DNA of 64,000 bases from NCBI RefSeq assembly GCF_964204645.1, contig NC_134027.1, positions 1,208,385-1,272,384 on the forward strand. Direction: 5' to 3'. The position numbers and the translations under genes are program-made. Under the pieces are notes generated by a model. That model was not told the DNA's origin, did not search any database, and was given only the letters and a program-made list of their open reading frames with translations. Source of the DNA: Tubulanus polymorphus. Lineage: Eukaryota; Animalia; Nemertea. Positions 1 through 14,280 of this stretch are shown here, in pieces (position 1 is the first letter of the stretch; each line of letters starts with the position of its first letter).

Positions 1-1783
1 AACCTCACTGTCACACAATCAGGTACCCCTGGCAACTGTATATCTGATGTGTGTAGTGGAAGTGGATTCGGGTTTCGCATCTGTGTTTAGAAACAATCTC
101 AAACTAAAGATTTCGTCCACTTTTAAACGAGTTACAATTTTATCTACAGGTAACTCTGCTCGAGTGGAGAATCTTGTAGATTCGATACTCTTTCGAGTAT
201 ACAGTTTCCAATAGGCACCTGCAGCTGGTTCAATACCACAGTGTTGTGTGGGTTTAAATCTGACTCAAGAGGTGAACTATCAAATTGAAAATTTTAAGAT
301 GACCCTGACTCAGAATTGTGCCTAGAGCCGGATGTACCAGTGTCTATGAAGTCCCTTTAAATATTTTCTTTGAAATTTAAATACACATTACTACAATGAG
401 AACTGTCAATTTTGTATATTCCGCAATTTCAAGAAATATTTGAAAAGAAATTATTATCATTTTCTTTAAAAATGGCATGCACCAATTTTTCTCAAATTTT
501 GGATCGTTAATCTGCTCATAGCCAACAGTACCGTATTGTTGGGGTTCGTTGGATTAGCTCAGCCATTTCCTTCACCTTAATTTTTTTGCATTTTATTGAA
601 TAGCTTACACATTATTTTTCAAAACTTTCAATTTGTCAATCATGTTCTTGTTTTTTTTTTTTAAATGATTTTAGCAAACCTGCCCCGGCGCAGGTTTGAA
701 TGAAGCTTCACCTTTAACGTCTCCGCGAAATTTTTTTTCTGTAATTTTAAGCTCGCCAGATCACTTCGAGTCGGGGTCGCCGGAGCTCTGCTGCAGTCCG
801 ACTCGTATCGACACAATCCCGCAGTTCAAAAGACCAACAATCCTTACAGTTGAGTCACTAAACCAATCAATAACATTCATAATTAATCCACTTAATGTTT
901 ATCTTAGGGCAAGAAAACATGTAAATCTACTTAGACATCGTTTCCAAGTCGTAGCTCTGTCGACTATTGATCAGTTCGCTAGATACATCTACATCTCTTG
1001 ACTCTCTCTCTCTCTCTCCAGCATCTCTCTCCTCTCCCCTCTCTCCCTTCCCCTCTCTCTCCGCAGTCTCTTCGCATTCAAACGATTCTCGATGATTGCT
1101 ATGAAGTCTTATCTTTTTATCTTATTTTCCTGATTATCATTTGTCGTTGAGATTGAGCGTACGTACCAACAGATATAAATAAAAGGGCCTGGTTTGTTTT
1201 TGGATGAAAATAAATTCAAGCATTCCTTTGAACTACATTTCGATCGGCTGACTAGTTTTTGATCTAGTTCAGGTTGTTTAAGATTGTTTTTTTTCGCAGT
1301 GTTTGTAAACAAATGAGACTTACAACAATTTCTCTTCGATTAAACGAAACGTCGACAGATCTTCACTCAAAAACGGTTTCGATCGACGTTCTTTTAAATC
1401 GATATCGTGGGATTGTCTGGTAAAATATTTGTAAACAAACAACGGGTCGCAGGATTCGTCTGGGTAAAAAAAACTAAAAAATATTCTGCTTAATCCATTT
1501 TTGTATCTTGTAAAAAGTTTCTTTATAAACATTAGGTGCGGCGGCAGTTCGAAGGATGAATTTTTCCTTTTTTCATATGAAAGACTTTAAATTTTTTGAA
1601 ACTATGTTTTAAAATTTAAACTTCTTCATTTGACTTTACCCGACAATGGAATTTTTCACAATTTTCTCATTAGTCAAATCCGTTATAACACTGGTTTTTT
1701 TTTAAATGTCAATGCTCACTAATTTTCAAAGATTTACTCGTGTGAAATCGATTAGTAAATTGTTTTCCATTTCAATTTTCTAG

Positions 1784-2011
1784 GCCGTCATGTCGACGCC
1801 TCGTACTACATGCTGTGAAGGGGGTCGACCTGTAATGACCGACCCGCACACCGGGCACACCGTGTGCTCGTGTCAGTATAGTTCCAGTTTACTCAGTTAT
1901 CCGCGAGTTGCCGGTCTAACTCCAGAGACTATAGGCTACAGTTCGGCAGCCTACGCGACCCAGGGATACAGCGCCTTGAGCGTCGATCCATCTGCGTTCT
2001 ACTCTCCACTG
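1784..2011 (+). CDS. Irx: Irx exon with N-terminal Cys-rich Irx motif
   Basis: Acceptor ttttctAG ends 1783, donor GTAAGT 2012; encodes [32 protein letters not shown]...SAFYSPL. Confidence 0.9.
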
Positions 2012-5000
2012 GTAAGTAAGATTTCATCGTTTTTTAATTGTGAATATTTGGTCTCTGAAACTACGGATTCGGTTCCACAAATAGTAAGTTAATAGATAGA
2101 AAATCCCACACCAAATAATAATGAGTAAGATTTAAAGTAGATTTATTGATTCTACGTTTCGACAATTACCTAAAGAGTCATATTCAGCTGGGATTCTCTA
2201 TTCATCATCGTTAGAAAACGGATCAAGTGTTTCATCAATGGTTATCCGCAAATAGTCGCTTGAAGTCGTTTCTGGGCCCAGTTCAACAGCTGGTTTTGGG
2301 TTGATATTTGACTCAAATTGAGATATTTACAAATGAATCCAGTTTTTTCGTACAAAAGAATTCAACATTTCGATTTACGTGATACATCACTTTTCCCTAA
2401 ATACCGAGTCCTGGGACTGGGCTCGACGATCCTGGTGTACGCACGCATCATTCATAAGTCCTTAATGAATCAATTTCTCCGATACCAAATTTAAGGCACG
2501 AACCAATTGTCGCCAGTTTTTATGACATCATCATCAGATAGACAATATTTTGCAGACAGATACAGAGAGCGTGAGTTGTGTTGCTATGATTTTTATATTC
2601 TGTCTCGTATCTCTCGAACAGCGCTTTCAGTCACTGATTGGTTTCCACTGCGCGAGGAATCCATCTTTTTTGTCTTCTACAAAACGGGGACGATTTCAAT
2701 TAGTCGCCATGTTTTCGGTATGTTTTCTATTCACAACGAGGTGTATGGGTACTGATTAATATCGCTAGCGATATCAATTTCTGTCATAAATCTGTCATTT
2801 TTCATCGGCGCGTCGCGTATCGCGCACCGACTTACCGATAGATTATTCAAACCCTCGTAACTGCCTTGATTAAGTTAATTTGTATTCATTACCTGGGCGT
2901 AAATACGATATGAACGCAGTGATTGCCGGCCGTGTTGCGATTATGACATTTTCAACCTATGCTCTCCGCGCGCCTTGCGGGAGAGTCCTCTGCCAAAAAT
3001 CCAATTTGCGAAATATCCGTCCTACCACTGACGATTCGCGACGTCGACGGTTGGAAAATGTTTTTGATTAATCGGCAAAACTGATTGCTCCGTTTTGGTG
3101 TCGCTTGGGAGAATGAATTTAAGAGGAGAAGTTCACGGAGGGGTTTGTGTTATATGATTAATTGGAAGAAGAGGCCCGCCCCGGATTGACGAAGGCTTAG
3201 CGAGGACTAAAGTTTCTCATCAAGGATTTCTGATTTATCGTCGATGCAGATTCTGAATAAAAACGGTCATTTCCATCAAACGATTTGATATATTCCATAT
3301 TATTATATTCTCTATACTAAAGATATGATTTACTGAAATCATTGATCAACAAAGTGAATTCATTAATTTGATAATTCTCCCTAAAACTAGCGTTGTAGAT
3401 TGTGGAATTCTGAACGGCAGGATCATAAGCACCTGGACCCCAGGGGCTGCAGTTGCTCAAAGGTTAGTTAAAGATAAATGCCGTATAGTATCAATGGACT
3501 TTTGATTGTCCGTCACTATGTCAACTTTCCGCTGGTGAACTCTAGACAACTTTTAGGTAACTGCAGTCTCTGACTTGAACTTAAAGATTGTTCAACTTTT
3601 TCTACATATCGCTATAGATAAAAGATGATCAAAAAGAGTTTAAAGTCGAGACGTTGTGCAGTATCTGACGGAGAGAGTTAATGTGCGCGCACGTATATCA
3701 AAAGAAAAAACTGATGAAAAAGTGCGGATTGGTTTACGATGCGAAAAAGACAAACCCGATAAACAGATAAATAGGGGAAGATAAACAACGAGGAAAGTTC
3801 GAATCCCGCATATTTCTAGCAGACCGTGTCTGCAGTATAGTAGTGTAGCCGCTCTACATCTGGGTTTTTACGGCCTCCGTGAACATGTGCAACCATCGCG
3901 TTCGGTTGTAACAAGATTACAATCTGTAACAGCAGGTAAATAGCTCTTGGATGGGCAGCTTTAGAAACTCACAGGTGGAATTCAAACCTCGACGCAGCAG
4001 CAAGTGCAACAATCAGTAAGCGTGAAGAGTCCCGGCGTCGCCCCGCAAGTGCAACAGTCGTGGGCGCGAGGAGTCTCGGCGTCGCTCCGCTCTACAGAGA
4101 AGTTAATTAGCCGGAATGTAATAATAAAGTTGTAAGCGACGGGACTCGAATTGCATTTAATTAGAATGTCGTCATCGTGATTTCAATTAGATGTGGCTGG
4201 TATCGATTATAAATCAGCCGTACGCTGCTTTCCCTCAGTACCAATGTTCAATCACTGTACTGATGTCTAAAGGCTGTATTTCGATTATTTTTACGCCATA
4301 ACGATAATGTTTATATACACACCGATACGTACTATGCGTTCTGTCGATGTGCACTACGTCATCAATACTGGTGTTTCAAAATAACAATTACATTTCGTGA
4401 ATTTTGTTTTTTATGTTGTAATTGAAATACTATATTTGATAACTCTTATTTTATTATCGATAAATTTCAGTAGTTATTGTGCACCATGTCATCAATAAAC
4501 CGAGGCTGGTGTTATCTTTTAAGGCGTCAATTAACTTTTAAGTTTAGTTTTCTTGTTCTATCTGCAGTTGATCTTATATGACTGCCTTACATTTAGCGCT
4601 CACGATAAAATTATGCTAATACCAATTAAACCCGTCGTTACAAATCGTTTTATAGCGGATATTCCAAATCAACTCTATCCAAAAAGTCGAACCGATATTC
4701 AGCTATTTGAGTTCTTGTCATCAAGATTTGAATTTTTGAATATCACGCGTATTTTGCCTATAATGGAAATCAGTCGTTACAATTTGTATCTTATAACGGA
4801 TAAACCTAACTTCGATAAGTGATCTAAATCAAGATTTGAATTTTTGAATTTTTTAACGGCTATGCTTAACTGTAATTTGAGACACTTCGGTTGTATCGTG
4901 GTCGCTGATGAATGGCTGTTATTAGAGACTGGTTTTTCGCCACATAAGGACCTTCGAAGTCTGTATTTACCCGATTGGTTGCTAAGGGTATCTTGTCTCT

Positions 5001-8000
5001 CATCAACACATTGATCACATACAAAGATAGAATCTCAAGCGTCAGACAGACAGAGAGAGAGAGAGAGAGCTTTCTATAAAAGCTTTTGAGATCTGTTTGA
5101 TTTTTCTTTTCATGGTCGTGCCTAGCGATCAGAGAGCATCGTTGGGCGCGCGTATCCGTACGTGCTTCAGTCCTGACAATGATACAATTCAATTTAAAGA
5201 ACAGATTCCCATTTAAGGACAGTCGGCGGCGGCAGTCCGAGGAAGGGTGAAAATTATTTCGATAGTTGACTGGGTATTTTTTGCGCGCGGGCGCGGCGAT
5301 AATAGACCTGGTACTCTATCGAGTCCGTGTGGACGCGTGGCGCGGACGTGCGCCAGAGATGCTAGAGAAATTAGACACCCATTCTGATGTGGGTGGTCTA
5401 TAAACCAGTCATATTGTCAGTTGATGAGGATGCTCTGTTATTGTATTTATACCTACCTGGTCGATGGGAATTAAGACAAATCAAAAATGAATTGAGACAT
5501 CACGAAATAATTGTCTAATAGAATTGGACAATGAATCGTTATTACGGGAATTGGTTGTCACGTTCAACTGATGTGAAATGCTATTATGGGAAGGTTCCGG
5601 AGGGACTTGAAAATTTGTCATAAAACCAGGCTGAATTAGTTTTGGATCAAATTTCCGTGATAAGTAGCTGATTGTGATGGGATTCCCTGTCGGAGGGTTC
5701 CCTGTAACAATCCCAAATCGGAGGATTCCCTTTAACAGTCCCTGATTGCGGAGGATTCCCTGTAACAGCCTGGGAGGATTTCATTCTATTTCAATCTACC
5801 TCTTTTTACATGCCATTCCATTCGTTCAAGTGTCGTTAAAGAGACTCAATAAACCACATCAGCTCCACACACACACAGCGCGCGCATTACCGAGACCTGA
5901 TCAGTTATTCAAGACAGAAGTTCACACCGTTATGAGCTTCCCTTTTAACCGCGATCAAGTCCCCTTTAATTTAGAAATCACTGCCACTTTCCACCAGCAG
6001 TAATGCAATAAAAGTTAATTAACTGTCAGCGCTTCGCACAGACCTATTATCTCCTTCATTTCAGACCATCGTCTTCCTATTGAGCGCCAAATGGAGCCCA
6101 ATCTTCTGCGGCAAATATGCTCAATTCTACATTTCCTCCGCCTTGGCGACATGAGCGGAAAGTAGATATCTGTTAGTCACGCCGGAGAAATTCTTGATAA
6201 CTCTGTCGTCGTCGTCTTAATATCTCCGCGTCTCTCTCGCATTCGCTCTTCCCACGCTCTCTCTCTCTCCTCTCTCTCTTTCTCCCGTCTCTGTCGCTGT
6301 CGTTTGATAGGCTTTTTTAATTAACGACCGATTAGTTTTTCCAGGTGCTGCTTACCAGGAAATTTCTCTCTCGATTTCTCTTTTTCAAGTTACACAAATT
6401 CTCCCCGACCCTTTCTCCTCTCTCCCCCTCTTTCTAGTTGGTCTTTCTCTCTATCACTCTTCATCTCTCTCTTTTCTGCCCTTCTCTCTCAAAGATTCTT
6501 GAAATAACTTGCTTGAAATATGTGAAATTGTTGTGTGACTAAATCAACGATTTCCAACGCGTCCAATTTGTGCGCCATAAAAAATAATTGCCTCTCTGTA
6601 CAAGGACTAAAGCAAAATGTGAATGAAAATAAATTGCCCAAAATAAAAAAAGGCAATCTAAGGCATTTTCCTTTACTCAAAAGGGCACTATTCCAAAAGA
6701 GACTTATTGTTGCTCTATAAATCTAATCGAAAAAGGGCAAATTTCGCCAAAAATCTAAAAAAGGCACAAGCAAATTGAATGTTAAGGCAAATTAAGTGGC
6801 ATGATACCAATAAATGAAACTCAAACTCGCTCGCTGGGCATCAATACTGGCCCTTTTCAAGTTGGTGCCCTTTTTTTCACTGTGCTGTAGTCACCGAATG
6901 GCCTGGATCCGCACCTGACATTGCTCCCTGTTCCTCTGCCCCCCTTAACGAAAAATTTCCAAAACTTCTTAATGCAATATCTAGTAGGCAACTCTATAAT
7001 TTTGGTTCGATGATTATTGTTTTCTTGCTATTACAGAGCTCAGCGTACGGATACAAGGAAAGTTCCGATGCATGGAGAGGACTTACTCAACCGACAGCGT
7101 ATTATCCGTACGATCCGACAATGTCGGCTTATCCTTACGGGAACAGGTATGTAAAACACATTCCGTTTCAAGAACAACCCGTGCGAGAAGTGGGCGGGGC
7201 TCGCGTTTCAGAAATCCCACTCTATATCAGCCCCCCCCCCCCAAAAAAAAATAAATAAATAACCTTAGAACATTTAATGGTACCTTAGATACATTTTTCA
7301 CATTCTAAACGCTCTGAAAACCTTTCTCATTGTATCTATATTTCAACATTTTCCGAGGGGTGCCATCAACCTCCCAACATCCAGCATTCTACTATCGCGT
7401 TGTGTGTCGATGTAACAGGTTGTATAGTTACACTTTCTCCAAAAATAATGATATGAAAATGAACTAGTTCTAACAGTGGAGACAAACTGAACCTCGCAAT
7501 CAGCGGATCCTATACGGTGTTTGTCACCACACAGCACCGGACCGCTCGAGTATTACCACTACTACTGGGATTTAATCTGATAAATTCTCCACACAGCGCG
7601 ATTGGATTCAGTGAATCCAATATGGCAGATTAGATGATTATTCATTCATTCAGTTGTTCGCGTATAGTATTTTTTCGTGTGTGGTTAGTTACCGCGACGA
7701 TTCGGGCGACAAGTGATCGCAGTCGCCAGATTACGAAAATCGAACCACACCGAGAATCGTTTTCTAATATAAGCGATATACACAAGCAGCATCTCGGAGT
7801 GAGTAAGGCCATATTTGAGATGAGAGCGGTGTTAATGTTGTGTTGTGTTACCCTTCGGTGAAAAACAGCAATAGCGACTTGTTTCAGACGGTATTAAACT
7901 AATACGGTCCGTGTTCGTAAACGTAGCCTCCGGCGCGAGGAAGCGGGGCGGGAGGGAACATGGTACCGAGATTTCTAATCAAAGACCGGTCGTTCTGCGC

Positions 8001-11000
8001 TCGCTAGGTAGGCCACGGAAAGACAGACTTAAGATCAAAATCAACGCTGTCATAATTGGCTCACAGCGTTTATTCATGTCTAGCACCGACATATGAAACA
8101 TTTCACGCCGAACGCCTGTTTTTTTTTCCATACCATATCGATCAAACGAATGGAGAAATTAATTAAAATAGGCTTTCGTTAGAACCTGGTATCATGATTT
8201 CCGTCACTTTTCTATCTCGATAGTTATGGCGGTATGGACCTGAATGGAGCCCGACGAAAGAACGCAACTCGCGAAAGTACAAACACGCTGAAAGCCTGGC
8301 TCAACGAACATCGTAAAAATCCCTATCCGACGAAGGGAGAAAAAATAATGTTGGCCATCATCACAAAAATGACGCTAACTCAAGTCTCAACGTGGTTCGC
8401 GAACGCCCGGCGCCGGTTAAAAAAAGAAAATAAAATGACTTGGTCTCCGAGAAATCGTTGCGATGACGACGGTGACAATAAAGGCGATAGCGACGGCGAA
8501 GATAACAACAATGATGAAGATGATAAACCCGGAAGTCTATCACCAGGTGACGATACGACATCTAGCGACACAGGTACGTACTATAACAGCCACGGGTTGT
8601 AGGTCACACTTTCCAAAAAAAAAGATGACGCCTATGTTGCAGTTCTCCTTATGATATATCATTATGGCGCGAACTGATTCTGAAAAGAGTCTGTATAACT
8701 TAACATACATCAGGTTCACTTGAAAATATAAATCCAGTGAATTATCTTGTTCCAAATTATTGGTTTCAATTTGGCTATTTGCATAATTTGAATTGTTCGT
8801 GGGTCACATTATTTCTTTATACCTAACGCCACATTCTCATTATCAATGACAATAGGAATTAATTCATTGATGGTTTTGCTTTTTTTTACCAATTCGAAAC
8901 ATTTGCAAACACGATCAAACACCACTGAAAAATGCATAATACTTTCTAACGTGCTTTATTATAATCGCGGCTCATATTGGAACGCGTGCTGTCGCTGTTT
9001 ATTTTCCGTTTATTACCCGCAGTTACGGGGCCTATGTTTACCTGAAATAGAAACGAATATACGGAAAAATTGACCCCTCACCGCCCATTGTATTAAACAC
9101 GCATTTACCGCAACAGCGCGTAATACGACTCGGATAGGTTCGCGACGACGGTTCCATCAACGCGCGATCAGTCGACCGTGATCGAGACGGCATTCAGCCG
9201 CTGCAATCAATTCCAGCTAGTCTTAAATGAATTGATAACATAAAGGTGGTCATAAGAAAACAATGCGTAAGCGACATTGTTCTTAGGTAAATTATGGCGA
9301 ACGAAAGCTCGTAGTGACGATAATGAAAACAGTGCGAGTCGACTGTTTATGACGTTTTGGCGTGCGCGCACCGCTCATGTACACCGGCACCGGAAGACAG
9401 TGCACGACGCAAGGATGGAAAACTAATGCAGTTTTATGTTTTTACAGCTTCTTAAATAATTTTACATTATTGCCTGTCATACGCTGTGAATACTTAAGAA
9501 ACTGTTGTTATTAATTGAAACAAACGCGTTGGTTGTAAAAACGTGAGCGCGAAGCACGTTACAGAGTTCATAGCCGCGTGACAACCCTTCTTACTGTGTA
9601 CTGCCACCCGATACCGGTTACATTGACTGGTCCCCGCTATACCTGAAACATTGACTGGTCCCCGCTATACCAGTTATATTGACTGGTCCCCGCGAAACCG
9701 GTAACATTGACTGGTTCCAGATATACCAGCTACATTGACTGGTTCTCGATATACCGGCTACATTGACTGGTTCCCGATATACCGGTTACATTGACTGGTC
9801 CCCGCTATACCGGTAACATTGACTGGTTCTCGATATACCGGCTTCATTGACTGGTCCCCGATATACCGGCTACATTGACTGGTCCCCGCTATACCAGTAA
9901 CATTGACTGGTGCCCGCTATACCGGTAACATTGACTGGTCCCCGATATACCGGCTACATTGACTGGTCCCCGATATACCGGCTACATTGACTGGTTCCCG
10001 CTATACCGGTAACATGGGCTGGTTCCCGCTACTGGTTCACTCTATGTTATTGAGTTTCTTATGAAATGAATATTGAATTGAATTGAACACCTCGACTGGT
10101 GTCCGCTTCATGGCTCGGAAGAAGATTGACTCAAAATGTGGTATTTGAATTACCATTACTGACACAAGGCTAAAAATTGATCTATTTTTGCAACGGACTA
10201 TCTTTCTGAAATATTCATAACCTTACACTGATGTCGTTTTTTAATCATTTTCTAGGACGATCAATGAATGATAATGATTTATCGAGCGCATTGGGGCCGA
10301 GTTGTATGGAACAAAAACCGAACCTTACCAAACTCGACGACACGATGACCACCGCACAAATCAAACAAGATAACAGTCCTATGTCGGATTTAAACGCCCG
10401 TAACGACTCTGTATTCGGTGCCGATAGCCCGCACAAGCCCAGAATTTGGTCACTGGCCCATACGGCTACCTCGACTAGCCCACCACCGCCCGGGATGATC
10501 GGGGAACCCCGATCCCCTAACGACGAATTGGATGAAAGTGGTATGGGTATGTTAGGTCAAACAATGGACTCGTACCATCGCTCAGCATCTCTCGTGGGTC
10601 TCAGACCCACCGCTCATGCCGGATATACAAACATGTCTCCTTCTCAAAATCAGCAACAGCAACAGCAGTACGCTTCAGCGGGATACCCGATGCCTCCCCA
10701 CAGGACTATGTCTCAATCCGGTGGCCAGGTGGCTATTCAACCGCAGTCTCTATCTCCCACTCTGTTGAACAATGGACGTATGACGTCATCGTCGCAATAC
10801 ATGACGAATTTAGGCAACTCGATGAATCGCGGTTTTATGACGTCATCGCCGGGATCGTCTGCGGTTCACGCAATGAATCACGGGTATTCGTCGTACGTTC
10901 CGTCCCATCAAAATATGGCACCGGGAAGAATACAGAATGGCTTATCAGAAATCAAAGGTAATCATAGACTTCAATTATCTAATTAAAGTCTTCACATTTT

Positions 11001-11424
11001 GTAGCTGAAAGGACCAAGTTTCGCTGTCCTCGGTAATAAGTTTACCCTGTAACACTGAAAATGAACTAATTTCACATCTCAGAAGTCGAACGTCAGAACT
11101 GTGAAACTGAGTCCAGTTTGCGACATCTTGCCTAAAACCTCTAAGCAATGTTATATGATATTCATATGAATTGCTAAAATAACAAGATGTTCAAAACTGT
11201 GCATACAACAAATAACATATAGTTTCAAAATGTTACAAACGTTCATATTTTGAATAAATTCTCGCTAAGCAAACATCGATAACATGTTTATGCAAATTAG
11301 ATCTAATTATATATTCATGTTTTCGTTGTCGATTTCAGGCGAGCCGAAGGATAATATGCTAATGAGCGAAAACAATATCTTAGCAAATGATTGTACGGCA
11401 TTTAAACCAGTTATGAAACTATGA
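1790..11424 (+). CDS. Irx: Iroquois-class TALE homeobox transcription factor, spliced: join(1790..2011,7037..7146,8224..8573,10256..10957,11339..11424), 489 aa from ATG 1790; a short first coding exon may lie upstream
   Basis: All introns GT..AG with matching phases (0,2,1,1). Motifs: [23 protein letters not shown], homeodomain with PYP loop and [13 protein letters not shown], acidic tract, IRO box [13 protein letters not shown]-terminal TAFKPVMK. Confidence 0.95.
3444..3569. mobile_element. PIF/Harbinger-like MITE, diverged copy of the 12155 family
   Basis: Starts GGGCTGCAGTTGCTCAAAGGTTAGTTAAAGATAA, internally similar to 12155..12281, imperfect inverted right end, CWG flanks. Confidence 0.6.
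7037..7146 (+). CDS. Irx: Irx exon, Tyr/Pro-rich
   Basis: ttacAG ends 7036, GTATGT 7147; [36 protein letters not shown]. Confidence 0.88.
8224..8573 (+). CDS. Irx: Irx homeodomain exon
   Basis: [78 protein letters not shown]; donor GTACGT 8574. Confidence 0.97.
9611..10030. repeat. ~30-bp minisatellite in an Irx intron (~14 copies)
   Basis: Unit ATACCGGTTACATTGACTGGTCCCCG(C/A)T in tandem. Confidence 0.9.
10256..10957 (+). CDS. Irx: Irx exon containing the IRO box
   Basis: ttctAG ends 10255, GTAATC 10958; [13 protein letters not shown] at 10435-10473. Confidence 0.93.
11339..11424 (+). CDS. Irx: Irx last coding exon
   Basis: tttcAG ends 11338, phase 1; [28 protein letters not shown] then TGA 11422-11424. 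Confidence 0.85.
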
Positions 11425-12154
11425 TACAATTCGATCACGTGACCGATACACCGGAAGTGAAGCGTTACGCAAAATGTCAAGGTTGTCGTTTTGATAAAAA
11501 TAAGGTGCTCTACGTATAGATGGCGACACAGTAGGGATTCAGGATTTCGAAATATAGAGGGCGTTGTGTGCTATTCAGACGGCCCTATAAAGAAGACATT
11601 TTGAAAGTTTCCACCCGTGGAAGTGGATTTTCATTCTGTGTGGCGTTACTACAGTATAAACATGCATTTTACATTAATTACCTATTAATGAGGACGAGTT
11701 AATTAATTAATCAACGGTCAGGATTTAACGTATGGTATTGTTGGATATTTAATTTTTGATTTTAAAAGTGTAAATAGTGATTCTACTTATACAATATAGA
11801 GAAAACGACGCATATGCTCACAACACGACTAAACAGATTCACTTAGAATTATGGATTGATTTCGATTATATTGAGTTTAGTATGATTATTACTATCGAGA
11901 TTATTATTATTACTATGAAAGTGTACCGTGTATTTTGGGTTTGATAACGTGGAAGTCGATATTATTGTGTTATTTGTATAATTATTCGTTTGCGAAGTGA
12001 AATATTTTGTGTGGAAAAGAATCCGAATTAATTTAAATCGTCATTTATAATATATATACTGATATACATATATGAATACTAATTCACATATTTCGGGCTT
12101 AGTCTTTTCGTGTATATGACCTTTTGTGGGCTGCACCACGCATTTATATTCCAG

Positions 12155-12281
12155 GGGCCAGTTGCTCAAAGGTTGGTTAAAGATAACCGGTCGTTAAATA
12201 CCATAGTAACAATGAAATTTCAATTTTCACCATATCAACTATCCACTGGTTAATTCTAACCAACCTTTGAGCAACTGGCCC
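12155..12281. mobile_element. PIF/Harbinger-like MITE
   Basis: TIRs GGGCCAGTTGCTCAAAGGTTGGTTA / TAACCAACCTTTGAGCAACTGGCCC with 3-bp CAG target duplication. Confidence 0.75.
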
Positions 12282-12829
12282 CAGCAATTAGGTTCGAATC
12301 CCATAATTTGGACTGGTGGAGGATCCAGCTTCGGTGAGTTAGATTTAAGATAGTTAATCAACTTTTGGCCATCCATTATAAGGAAGATACGTACACATCG
12401 ACGGACCAGGAGGTCAAGGTCTCAACGAGATAAAAACGAACGTTTTTTTATTTGTTGTCGGCTGTTTCATATCGACCTGTGTGCTGTCTCGGGAAAAATT
12501 CGTCTAATTCAAAATCAATTGTCTCTTAACCGTCGTCGCCTGTGCTACACTTTACCGCGCACCTGTCAAGCTTTCTCTGTGTAAGCTGTTTGCTTAGTAA
12601 TGATCGGATTAAGATGCAGCCGGGTGCTACAGTACCCCCCCCCCCCCACCTCACCACCATCATCCAGTTGACCACATTGTATCAGATGCCGCACTTGGAT
12701 TAGTAACGAAGGATAAACCAGATTCCTTGTCAGACATATGATGACATATGTCTGACAAGTATTTACTTAAAAACGATCCGTGGATTATCAGTAAACGATT
12801 ATATATAGGAATATTTATCTATTGAGCAA

Positions 12830-12953
12830 GGCTGGTGGTTTTCACGAGCGGTTTCCAGCTAGAATTTCCTGCTACCAGGAAAAAGTTGGCATTACCAGGC
12901 AGCTTTTCCTGATACCAGGAAAAAGGCAGGAAACCACTCGTGAAAACTTAGCC
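12830..12953. mobile_element. Small MITE-like inverted-repeat element
   Basis: GTTTTCACGAGCGGTTTCC ... GGAAACCACTCGTGAAAAC. Confidence 0.55.
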
Positions 12954-14280
12954 TTTAAATACTCTTTCGATGATTATTACTATTGGTTCATTTGTTCAGA
13001 TTTCAAAAACTAATTTTTCCGAATTCTTAAATGTTGGTTTTTTGACGTTACAGAGTCAAGTGATGCATACGTAATATAAGCTACTTAAGTCCCACCTCTG
13101 TGATTATCACTCAAAGAACTGATAGGTAAATGTGTATATTGTTTTGAAACTGACCCAGGCAAGTGGGAGTCGGGTCGTTCTGAGAAGAAAACCGTTAATT
13201 TGAATCATCAATTCAGCAGAGTCGTTTGCAATATGATTATTGTAAGCCACGGGGTTCACTTCCGGCTGTTTCGACCAGACCGGAAGTGATGTCAAATTCG
13301 TCAAGGATTTATTGTGAACAGGAAGTTGAGAAACGCTGGCATTCTTCGCACGCAAAAAGCATCGGGGAAACTCGAAGAGAATGGCGCTCACGAAAAAAAA
13401 ACACAACTCAGATCGTAATTATTCCGAATTGTGCTCGCTCATAGATCGCACTATAAATATAATAAAAGATACATTAAAGCTTTTATTTCGTCCATAAATT
13501 TCTTGACAATACGCGTGCGTACTGCGCCCGCGGCTCTAGAGACCCGCAATCCAGGTGTAAATCGCAATCGATAATTGTAGCGATTTCGATCGATATCGGC
13601 CGCCAATTAATAGACATTAACCCGGAGTGTTTAACGTATAATAATGGCGTCGTTTTAGACAATCAGTGACTGAACAGCATAGGTCGCGCTGAAGGGATTA
13701 GTTATTGCCAGCGATTCTGCAGGCTCCGCGATAAATCTCATCAATTGATTAGCGACAAATGTTCGAAAACTTGATGATACGACGACGACAGAATTGAAAC
13801 TATTCACGAAATAAAGGTCGTGTCAATAGCTGATATATTTTTCGACATGAAAACGTTCGCACTAAGATAAGACCACCGCCGGCTACAGCTGCCCGAGTTA
13901 AGAGGATTTTCATTGCTAATTCCTATAACAGTTTCGTTTTGTCTGCGAGAGGTTTGTTCTCAGTCGCTGTCATTATGGATTCTGAACTACAGTGCGGCTT
14001 ACGATGCTCTGGTCACGCCGATAACACAAGGGTTACCGAGATACAAGCAACAGAAACTTCGTGATCGATTGAAAGCGAATTTATAAACGCAAATCGTCGC
14101 TTAAACATCGAAATGAATTCACTTGACATTTTAGACTCACGTCTCCTCATGAATATCAGAGAAGAAAAAACATTCTTTTTCTATGTTTTTTTCTATGTTG
14201 TCGAAAATTAACGAGACGATCTTTGAAATCGAATACGCAAATGGATGAAAGTTCGAAGATCAATTTTGCTTTTAAAAAAG

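Noticed and set aside
696-1532. Short ORFs upstream of Irx as the missing first exon
   Set aside because: No MSxxQFGY-like peptide and no ATG-containing phase-0 exon with a good donor found
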